Assembly: GCA_965242925.1 (NCBI GenBank)
Contig: CBDEUM010000034.1
Location: forward strand, 32,001-96,000
Source of the DNA: Roseibacillus sp.
GTDB taxonomy: Bacteria > Verrucomicrobiota > Verrucomicrobiia > Verrucomicrobiales > Akkermansiaceae
Direction of reading: 5' to 3'
Length of the DNA: 64,000 bases
Shown: piece after piece, positions 30,444 to 39,700 of the stretch
Numbering within the stretch: position 1 is the stretch's first letter
Layout: each line of letters begins with the position of its first letter
Notes under the pieces: model-generated
Told to the model about the DNA's origin: nothing
What the model saw: the letters and a program-made list of their open reading frames with translations, nothing else
The model's database searches: none
Position numbers and translations under genes: made by a program

Positions 30444-33074
30444 ATGAAGAAAATCCTCCCCCTTCTTGTCCTCACCGCTCTATCAGCGGGTGGCCTGAGC
30501 GCCGGTGACGCACCGCGTCCCAACATTCTTTACTTATATGTCGATGACCTGGGGTGGGGGTCGATTGGGCCCAACGGTCAGGAGGCCCGCCGCGTCAGCG
30601 GCCTCCCCCGCGTCCTGACTCCTAATATCGACCGGCTTGCCGCGTTGGGGGTTAACTTCACGCGTGGCTACGGATGTACGGTTTGCTCTCCGGCCCGCTC
30701 ATCGCAGCAGTCGGGATTTCATCAGGGACACACTTATGCGGATCGCAACCATACTAATAATGCGAAGAAGGCGATGCGTGCTGACGACGTCTTGATTGGT
30801 GACGTCCTTTCCGCGGCCGGTTACGCCACTGGATACTGGGGGAAGTGGGGATATGGGGCCTCACAGAGCCAGATCAACCCAGTTATCCTGAACGTGCAGA
30901 CTCTTCCCAGTTCGCACGGCTATCAGCACGTTCTCGCCGAGCTCCATCACGTCCGGGCTCACACCTTCTTCCAGCCGACCCTCTGGTCATTTCGACCCGG
31001 TGATGCTGGCATGAGTCTGATCCCGAATTCGATGAGTGCTTATGCCCACAATTCGACCTATCCCGAGTATCCCGCGTTGCAGAGTGACGAAACCTACCCG
31101 ACGACTGCCTACTGCGACGACTCGTATGCCTTTGCGGCACTCGACTTTGTGCGCTCTCAGGCACAGGTCTCTCATCAGACCGGCCGCCCCTTCTTCGGTC
31201 TTCTTGCGGTTCAGGTTCCGCACTCACCCTACGGGGACATCGCAGCGTTGCCGGGATGGGACGGCGCCTACCGTGGGAATGCGCCATTCAGAACCCTGGC
31301 GCCGCAGGCAAGGCAATGGGCGGCAATGGTCACCCGGGTTGATGCGCACTTTGGCAACATTATCGCCGCTCTAGAGGACCCCAACGGCGATGGCGATCGA
31401 TCTGATTCGGTGACGGACAACACTCTCGTGATCTTTCAATCCGACAACGGGGGTCCCGGAAATAACGCTCGATCCGAGCTGGACGCCAACGGTGGCTTGC
31501 GGGGAAACAAAGGCAGCATCTGGGAAGGAGGGATCCGCGTGCCTCTCGTGGTTCGTTGGCCGGCAATGATCACGGGCAGCTCGACGCTGCGAGCCGGAAC
31601 GAGTAGCGATCTTGTGGTCGATGTCACCGACTTTCTCCCCACATTCTGTGAGCTTGCCGGCGTCGATGTCCCCGTGGGCATAGACGGGGTGTCGCTCGCG
31701 CCGACCCTCACCGGGACGGGACACCAGCGGCAACGCGAATTCCTCATTCACGAGGCAGGTTCCAACCATTCGATCATCCGGGGCAGGCACAAGCTCGTTG
31801 GTCCGGCCAATCTCCTTTATGATCTCGCTGCTGATCCCGGCGAGTCGGAGGACATATCGGGAGCCCATCCGGAACTCGTGGCGGAACTCGAATCCCTGAT
31901 GCGGGGTGAGCGAGTCACCGAGCCTCAGTGGTTCGCGAACACTTACCACCGGTGGTCCGGAGCCGACGGAGCCGGCACGTCCGATGCCGGGAATTGGTCC
32001 GATTACATTTACGCCAACGACGGCATAACCTACCAGGCCGACCGCGGCGCGCCCAGGATTTCGTGGAGTGCCGTCATGGAGAACACGGGACTCGTGCCGG
32101 TCACCGCTCTTGCCGATGGGGAACTCGCGTTTCTGGGGCTTAAAATCGCGGGAGCCTCTTCCGCGGCTACGCAGACCCTCGACCTTAATTCGCGGACCCT
32201 CACCGGCCGCAACGAAGTTCGGCTTGCGGCTCATTCCTCCGTGCTTCTCGATGGCGGAACTATCGAGTCGCTGCGCTGGGTCGATGTGAGGGAGAACGCC
32301 GAGCTCAAGGGTGCGGGCACTGTTGACGCCAGCCTTTATAACCGGGGGGTGATTGGAGTGACCCAAGCCTCCGCCCCCGCGCATCGAACGCTCAGAGTCC
32401 AGGGCATTTACCATGAGTTCGGCGGTTCGACCCTCGACATCGCAATCGGCGGAGCCGGTACTCCGGGAGTGGATTTTGGGCAACTTCTGGTGATGGGCGA
32501 GGCGACCCTGGCGGGCTCCCTGGCGGTCACCGTCGAGGCCGGCGTGGAGCTCACTCATGGGGAGACATTCACGGTTCTGACTGCCGGAGTCCTCCATGAC
32601 ACCTTCGAAAATGCCGGTCGCATGGTGATCGGTAGCGACGGGACCCGCTTCCAGATCGGCTACTCGGACAAGTCGGTGACACTTACAGTCGAGGGGGCCA
32701 CCTCCCGCGGCACTCCCTGCTCGTGGATCGAGTCCCACAACCTTGGTGGAGGCGATCCTGAGACGGTCGATCTCCTCGATCATGACGGCGATGGCATGCT
32801 GGCCTGGGAAGAATACCTGGCCGGCACTGATCCCCGCGATCAGCATTCGCGGCTCTCGCTGGCGGTGGAGTCCACTGCAGGCGGCGCGGACGGATTCACC
32901 CTCCGCTGGTCCAGCGCGGCGGGTCGGATCTACCATATCCTGAGCACCACGGATCTCCGCGCGCTCACTCCCCACGCGGGCCCAATTGCGGCCACCCCGC
33001 CCGAAAATTCGTTATCTTTTCCGGAGACCGGACATTCGCGGCAGTTCTTCCTTGTTTCGGTAGAGATGCCTTGA
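30444..33074 (+). CDS. Formylglycine-dependent sulfatase fused to a beta-helix/passenger-like region and C-terminal module
   Basis: PNILYLYVDDLGWG, TPNIDRLA, CSPAR (CxPxR), GYATGYWGKWG, SDNG, GNKGSIWEGGIRVP, LYDLAADPGE; DHDGDG...EYLAGTDP; start refined to MKKILPLL. Confidence 0.92.
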   Translation: MKKILPLLVLTALSAGGLSAGDAPRPNILYLYVDDLGWGSIGPNGQEARRVSGLPRVLTPNIDRLAALGVNFTRGYGCTVCSPARSSQQSGFHQGHTYADRNHTNNAKKAMRADDVLIGDVLSAAGYATGYWGKWGYGASQSQINPVILNVQTLPSSHGYQHVLAELHHVRAHTFFQPTLWSFRPGDAGMSLIPNSMSAYAHNSTYPEYPALQSDETYPTTAYCDDSYAFAALDFVRSQAQVSHQTGRPFFGLLAVQVPHSPYGDIAALPGWDGAYRGNAPFRTLAPQARQWAAMVTRVDAHFGNIIAALEDPNGDGDRSDSVTDNTLVIFQSDNGGPGNNARSELDANGGLRGNKGSIWEGGIRVPLVVRWPAMITGSSTLRAGTSSDLVVDVTDFLPTFCELAGVDVPVGIDGVSLAPTLTGTGHQRQREFLIHEAGSNHSIIRGRHKLVGPANLLYDLAADPGESEDISGAHPELVAELESLMRGERVTEPQWFANTYHRWSGADGAGTSDAGNWSDYIYANDGITYQADRGAPRISWSAVMENTGLVPVTALADGELAFLGLKIAGASSAATQTLDLNSRTLTGRNEVRLAAHSSVLLDGGTIESLRWVDVRENAELKGAGTVDASLYNRGVIGVTQASAPAHRTLRVQGIYHEFGGSTLDIAIGGAGTPGVDFGQLLVMGEATLAGSLAVTVEAGVELTHGETFTVLTAGVLHDTFENAGRMVIGSDGTRFQIGYSDKSVTLTVEGATSRGTPCSWIESHNLGGGDPETVDLLDHDGDGMLAWEEYLAGTDPRDQHSRLSLAVESTAGGADGFTLRWSSAAGRIYHILSTTDLRALTPHAGPIAATPPENSLSFPETGHSRQFFLVSVEMP

Positions 33075-33187
33075 CCGGAGATCCATCTCACGTATCACCT
33101 CAGCCGTTGCCTCGGGTGTCCGGCAAATGGCAAACCTGCCTCTGCAGCCGACCTCTAGAATCCCGGAAGAAAGGCGAACATTCTACC

Positions 33188-34375
33188 ATGAACCGACGCG
33201 GGTTTCTACAGTCAACCAGTCTTGCTGCGGCGGGCGCCGCGACAACGTTTCCACTAAGATTCCACGCCCAAACGATCAACTCGGGGCCCCTGAGGGGGAT
33301 CGATGAAGCGCCCACTCTGAAACCGGAGTTCCTACGTGATCCGATTATCATTGAGTCCGTGGAATTGCTCAGAATCAAGCGTGACTTCCTTGTCCGGATC
33401 CGTTCAAAGGACGGCGCTCAAAGCGTCACTGCACCCAACTCGCTGAGGCTCAAGGATTGTCACCCGATTTTTAATAACCGTGTTGGAAGGTTCTTCCTTG
33501 GAAAGGACGCCTGTAAGATTGAGCCCTTGCTCGAGGAGCTTTACCGCTTCAATAGCAATTACAAGTGGCAGGGACTTGCGTTCTGGGTCTGCCAGGCTGC
33601 ATTGGAGATGGCTGTGCTTGATCTCATCGGCAAGGTCCGCGCCGTTCCCCTGGGCGAACTCTTTGGGGAGGTTCGCCAACGCAACATCGCCATCTACCGG
33701 GCGAGTGGCAACCGACGAAATACACCGGAAGAGGAAGCCAATGTTCTTGGCCGATTCATCGCAGAGACCGGTGCCAAAGCGGTCAAGATCCGTGTCGGGG
33801 GACGCATGAAGCGTGTCGAGGACAGTATTCCCGGGCGCACCGAAAAACTGATCCCTCATATTCGCAGGGCACTGGGAGACAAGGTCACGCTCTACGCGGA
33901 TGCAAACAGTTCCTACGAAGTGACAGATGCGATCCGCGTGGGACGTCTTCTCGAGGAAAACAATTACGCCCTTTACGAAGAGCCCGTGCCCTTCGATCAC
34001 CTATGGGAAACCAAACAGGTGACCGAGGCCTTGAAGATACCCGTTTCCGGGGGTGAACAGGAATATAGTATGCGTCGATTTCGATGGGCAATCTCGAATC
34101 GTGCGATGGATGTCGTTCAGCCAGATCTTCACTACAATGGAGGCTTTGTGCGGGGGATCCGGGTGGCGAGGATGGCCGAGGCCGCGGGAATGATGTGCAC
34201 GCCTCACATGTCCGGATCAGGACTCGGCTACGTGAACGTTCTTCACTTCGCCAGCGTTGTGCCGAACATTGCCCCGTATCAGGAGTTCAAGGGAGAAAGC
34301 GACATGCCCTGCGAAAGCAAAAGTTCATCGCTCAAGCCCGCCGAGAATCGTGCACCTGCGCTCTCCTTCTGCTGA
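33188..34375 (+). CDS. Tat-signal mandelate racemase/muconate lactonizing enzyme family protein (3' end appears displaced)
   Basis: MNRRGFLQ Tat motif; EMAVLDLIGK...PL; KIR, DAN, EEP, GEQ, QPD, PH motifs. It lacks the terminal P..PG.G strand, which appears at ~34845-34886. Confidence 0.85.
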   Translation: MNRRGFLQSTSLAAAGAATTFPLRFHAQTINSGPLRGIDEAPTLKPEFLRDPIIIESVELLRIKRDFLVRIRSKDGAQSVTAPNSLRLKDCHPIFNNRVGRFFLGKDACKIEPLLEELYRFNSNYKWQGLAFWVCQAALEMAVLDLIGKVRAVPLGELFGEVRQRNIAIYRASGNRRNTPEEEANVLGRFIAETGAKAVKIRVGGRMKRVEDSIPGRTEKLIPHIRRALGDKVTLYADANSSYEVTDAIRVGRLLEENNYALYEEPVPFDHLWETKQVTEALKIPVSGGEQEYSMRRFRWAISNRAMDVVQPDLHYNGGFVRGIRVARMAEAAGMMCTPHMSGSGLGYVNVLHFASVVPNIAPYQEFKGESDMPCESKSSSLKPAENRAPALSFC

Positions 34376-34459
34376 AGCCCACCGCCTGGCACATGTGGCA
34401 TCGCCCCCATCAGGACCCGATAGAATCGGTGTTTTATCCCCGAGGAAACCGGACCAGAT

Positions 34460-34870
34460 CCCGTAACGCGGCAGAAGTGGCGGAACGCGCTGGGGCGTTC
34501 GCTCCATTTTTCCCGAAGGTCCGTGTTCGCTGGGACGAAACCTGGCTATATGTCGAGAGCAACGGCACTGATCACGGCATGAGCATCACGTTGCTGGCGA
34601 AGGTCGGCATAGCCCCGTATCAGGAGTTCAAGTGGCAGATTCCGCTTAGTCCCGACATGCCGTCTCAACCCAGGATAACCTCTTCCGCGGTGAAACGGAG
34701 TCCCTATCTTTAACGCCCTTAATAACCGGGGCGAGGATGCCTTCATCGGCGCTCGATGAGTGGGGCGGGCACGCGGGCCTGAGACTATCACTATCATGCC
34801 GCTCCGGCATCGTCGGCGAAGCGGCCCCGATCGTATGATACCCTGTCCCTAAGGGACCCGATGGTATGGG
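34460..34870 (+). pseudogene. Fragmented YHYH-family protein gene (multiple frameshifts; possibly an assembly chimera)
   Basis: AFAPFFPKVRVRWDETWLYVESNG, WQIPL, NGVPIFNALNNRGEDAF (34694), LDEWGGHAG (34752) and DYHYH (34783) lie in the right order but in three different frames. Confidence 0.75.
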
Positions 34871-35421
34871 AGTAGAGATTGATCCTGTCACTACGTGAGG
34901 GCGTCCGTCCGGAAGGCGAAGCCCGTGAGTGCTTGAGGACGCCGACCTTCGAGTTGTGGGATCCAAGCGGTTCAGTTGTCTCCGACACCTATGCGGGGTG
35001 GGTGGTTCCACCAGAAAAACAGTGGTTTCATCTGGGGTCGACGATAGTCAGTTCTTCACGCGCAACATGCCTCAGCATGGCATCGGTAATGCCCACCCCG
35101 GAAACACATTCCTGCCACTCAAATATCTGAAAGAAAATGGTGGTTCTCCTGATAATCTACTCTGTTCTGAGCAAAGGCCGGTCCGTAGAAACCGGGGGCC
35201 AGGTCATTGCCCTGTCACCCTGACCGAGGCAGGGGAAGGCGGCACCGGGAGCCCGCATCCCTGACCATTACAGAACTGGCGTTGGTTGGAATCGACGACG
35301 AGTCCGATATGAAAGAATCCCTCGCGGGGGTCATTGCGCCGTAGAAACACTCAACCCGCTCCAGTTCCGGATAACTAGTCGCAGGCTCGACCCTGAAACC
35401 TGATTTCGCTAGCACCAATGA

Positions 35422-36342
35422 TCACTTGAATACCTCTCCTTTGGTCGCGTCTCCCTCCTGATCGATGATCTGCACGCTCACCACGGTTCTCTGACTGGGC
35501 AAACGCCACTTCCAGATCAACTTCTTTTCCTGAGTCACTTCAATAAGATGATGACTTCCCTGATAGAAACTAATAATCGTATTTCCATTGGGCAGGCGAT
35601 TCAATCCGGTCATAAATCCCATCTTGATTCCTGGCACGTCTGCCCGCTCCAGTTTCCAGACAATCTTGTCATTTTTATCGACTTCCACGGCCATCGCTCC
35701 TGCACCCGTGCTGAAAAGAGTATTGCCATTATCGAGACGGGTCACCGCATGGGCTTTTGACATCTTGACTCCGGGAAGATCCCGGATGACACGGACGGTC
35801 CTGCCGGTCGGATCAATTTCGCGAATCTCATCGTCGCAGGAGATCATGCATAGATAATTCCCGCTCCTGAGCTTTCGGCACATCCGGTATCGCATATGCA
35901 GATTGTTATTCCTGGACGCCACCGACACCTCTTTCACGAGCTCTCCTTTCCTGTTGATTTCGATCAATCGGGAGGGACCATTCTGCGCAATCAGAATATT
36001 TCCATCCGCAAGCGGCTGACAGGTATGAATCTCGTCCTTTGCTTCGGTTGAATTCCACGCAAACACCTGCTTGCCAGCCTTATCGAATATTTTCACCCCT
36101 CGACTCCAGGCGAAGAGCACCTCTCCATTTGGAAGCGCCCAGACATCATTAGGGTTCCGCGCCTTAAAGACGTGCTTTCTCTTCCCCTCCTTATCTACGA
36201 CACAAACCTCTCCCTTCGAGAAATCCGCACACACCAAATTGTATTTAGGACCGTCAACGACCTCACCCACAAGACCACCCGCCAAGCCCACCAGCAACAA
36301 AAGCACAGTTTGATTGAGGTTCATGCCTCTCTTGGACGTCAT
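35422..36342 (-). CDS. Secreted beta-propeller protein (PQQ/arylsulfotransferase-like repeats), function unknown
   Basis: Signal peptide; repeats L.NGN.L....IE....G..V.W (LPNGEVL, LADGNIL, LRSGNYL, LDNGNTL, LPNGNTI). Confidence 0.8.
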   Translation of the reverse strand: MTSKRGMNLNQTVLLLLVGLAGGLVGEVVDGPKYNLVCADFSKGEVCVVDKEGKRKHVFKARNPNDVWALPNGEVLFAWSRGVKIFDKAGKQVFAWNSTEAKDEIHTCQPLADGNILIAQNGPSRLIEINRKGELVKEVSVASRNNNLHMRYRMCRKLRSGNYLCMISCDDEIREIDPTGRTVRVIRDLPGVKMSKAHAVTRLDNGNTLFSTGAGAMAVEVDKNDKIVWKLERADVPGIKMGFMTGLNRLPNGNTIISFYQGSHHLIEVTQEKKLIWKWRLPSQRTVVSVQIIDQEGDATKGEVFK

Positions 36343-36744
36343 CTGCGGGGTGAGGTCAAGAAACGATTGATATCACTCCAATGGTCAACCGAGGGCAGGG
36401 ATGGCTTCTTGCAGATCAAGGACGGCAGATCCCGGCGGGGCGGGCATGGCCTTGAAAATCGGACGAAGTCGAAAGAGATTGCGGGGAAATGTCGCTTGCG
36501 CTGACGGAAGGGAAGTCGGGTCTTCGTCAATACTGCGGAACACACTGGCAGACTGGTGAGAGAGGGGGCATGCTTGGAGCAATCATTTCCTCGATCTTCA
36601 CTTGGTCGATCGGTAATGTTCTCACGCTTGCCTGAACACATGTATAAGCTACAGGAAAACGGGGAGAGGTCTACTTCACGCTGAGGCCGAGGAAGAGAGG
36701 GCCGCGCGGATGAGCTCAGAGGAATCCGGATGTGTGATCGCGGT

Positions 36745-39700
36745 CTATGGTACGACCAAGAACTGTCCGCGCACGAACAGGACTGCTTCGGCAGAGACCG
36801 GGTTAGCGGTGCGAAAGGTCAGACTTTCGGTGCCGTCATTGTTATTGACGACGCTTATCGGCACCAGGGTGCCGCCACCGCCCAGCCAGGTAAGGAGGTC
36901 GGTGCTGAACTGCGGCCGGGTAATGACATCATCTGCCCCGAGTCGACGATTGATCTCGATCGTCAGATAGTTGTCGACGAGCCCGCCGATCTCGAGAGGC
37001 CGGATCCGGGCCACTGGTGCGGACTGGGGGGAGTGCTGCAGGGGGTTGCTGCCGAGCGCGTACTCCATGAAGTTGCTCAGGCCGTCGTGATCGGGGTCGG
37101 CGGCATCCTCGGTTATGCCGTTGCCGATTTTCCAGATCGAGTAGCTGAACATATCGCTGGTGCCAGGGTTACCATCGGTGCTTGCGCTTGTCCGCCAGTT
37201 GGCCGGATCATTGGGATCGGGCTGTGACACCGGGTTGATGAGGACGAGGGAGTAGCCGTCGCCGTCCGCGCTGGCCGGCCAGGGGTCGCCGTCGTTGTAG
37301 GTCAGGTCGAGGACAATCGCACCGTTCGAGTCGGTGATGATGAGCCGTTCGCCGTCGTTGTTGAGATCGCCTGAGAATTCGCCGGCGAAGGTGGCGCGGA
37401 TGCCGTAGCGCATCTCGAAGGCGGCGGGGTTGTTTGCCAGGACGAGGCGTGCGCCGGGAGCCAGGGTTCCCCCTAGCAGCGATTCCTCGAAGGCGAACCC
37501 GATTCCACTGGTGAAGGCCAGTCCGGCGAGGTCGACGTGGCGGGGACCGATGTTGAGCAGTTCAATGAACTCAAAGTCGCTGCTCTCGTTGAAGCCCGCA
37601 ACCATCTCGGCGGTGCTCGGCGGTGCAGGCCGGTAGTGAATCTCAGTGATGGCGAGGGTGGCGGCGGCGGCCGGATCGGTATCGACCACGAAGGCGGCTT
37701 CGGTCAAGGCGCTCCACTGGGAGCCATTCTTGACGCGCGATCGCACGAGGTTGGCGCCCACCGAGGTGAGGAAGAGCGGGTTGGCTGTGGTGGTCTTGAC
37801 GGCGTCAAGCTGCAGATCAAAGCTGATGTCACTGGAAGTGCCGCTGTATTGGTGAATCTCGACAGCCAGCGTGTTTTGTCCGTTGACGAGGTCGACTGGT
37901 GGGAAGTCGATCGCGAAGTATCTCGTCTCGTCATTACCGCTCACGAAATTCGAGGAAGTCGTCAGGTAGCTGATCGTGCCCCCGGGCATGTTCGAGCGGG
38001 CGACCTCGTTGCCGTTCAGGTAGACGACCGCACCGTCGTCGCGCCGCAATCCGAGCGTCAGTTTGGTATAGTCGTCGACATTTGTGGCGTTGAAGGAACG
38101 GCGGAAATAGGTGGTTGCGTATTTCGAGGATGAGTTGGGCCCAAACGAGAGGGTGGTGGCTTCGCCCCCGTCTCCGTAGCCGAGTTCCGCCGCCCCGGAC
38201 TCCCATGAGTTGTCGTTGAATTCCGGGTTGCGCCAAGCTGTTCCCTGGTCGCTGCCGTTATCGAGATATTTCCAGATCGAGCCGGTGCTGACTAGATTCT
38301 CGGTCATGGTGTTACCCTGAAACACCTCCGCGCCAGGAGCGATGGCGCCGCCCAGTTCGCGCGGGTCGTCGCCGTTGACAGTATAGTAGATGATCCCCGG
38401 ACTGCCCTCGAGCAGTAACTGCTGGGTGCTGGCAATGGAGCCGCCGTGCTGGCTGTAGCCTGGAGGATCCAGGTCCGGGTACCAGTCGACCGATCGGAGC
38501 TGGCCAATCAAGGTGGGCACCCGGCCTGTGATGAAATCACGCACACCCTGCACGGCGTTCAACCAGCTGGCGTGGCTACGGCTTGTGCTGCCCCAGCGCG
38601 CTGAGTGGGCAAAGATCGCCTGGTCGATGTAGTCGGCGCGCCGGTTGACCCGCGCAATCCCGGCGGCGTCGGTGAGGAGGCCGTCGTTGTAGCAGTACCT
38701 GGCCACGCGGTCGGCGAAGGCCATGCGGTATTCGAGGTTCTGACCGGCCAGTCGTTCATGGAGGGTATGCGGATTGAAATCGTTGAGGGATGAGCTCCGG
38801 GTGAAGGGGGAGACCATGTTGGTCTCTCCGGTCCCGAGTGAGTGCTCGCTGTCGTGCTCGAAGAACTTGTAGCCGTCGGGAGTGAGCCGGTTATAGACGC
38901 CGAAGTAGTTGTTCGGGCGTGGCTGAGTGTAGCGTGATCCAGGGCCGTCGCGATCGCCGGTGTAGTAGGTGATGATCATGTAATCGATCAGGTTTTCCAG
39001 ATCCACCAGCTTCTCGATCGCCGGGTTGAGGGTGCCATCGGAGTTCCTTCCCTGGATATTGAAATAGGCGGCGTTGCTCGAGAAACCGGACTGCCACTTT
39101 TGCCACAATCGCTGGTAGGAGGAACGGTTGCCATCGGTGACGCCACCAAAGGATTTCACTACGTCATAGTCGAGCTGGTCGCCGCCGAAATAGATCTCAC
39201 CGTAATTGGCTTCAGCGCGCTCATCGGTCTCGCACATTCCCCAGTAGATGCCGTTGAGGTAAAGGTGGTACCAGCGGCTCCGCTTGTAAGGATGTCCCAT
39301 CTCGCCCTGCAGATCCCGCGACCACGTGTCACGGATGAAGCTGTTCTGACTCGTTCCGCCCATGGCCCACGAATAGTTCTGGGGACCGCGCAGGTCGATC
39401 TTGTCGAACTCGTCGGCACCCTCATCTCCGAAGAGTTTGTAGTTGAGCCGGCCCGTGCCATATTCGCGACGGAAGAAGAGCCGGAACGAGTGCTTGGGGT
39501 TCTGCGTCCTGCGGGAGAAACCCCCGCGGATGCGAAGTCCGCAACCCGTCTGAAAGCCCTCGGGATTTCCGTCCGGATCGACCCAGCCCGGGGGGTGGAT
39601 GAGCTCAAGCGAAGCCTCGCGCTCCCAGGCGTAGCCGCTGCTGTTCGGGTTTGAGTAGATCCCGGTGCCGGCGCTGGTCAGGTTCGCCTGGTCAAGGACG

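Noticed and set aside
34929..35264. 111-aa ORF containing FFTRNMPQHGIGN, possibly another YHYH-like remnant
   Set aside because: Similarity is too short, and it lies beside the suspected chimeric region.
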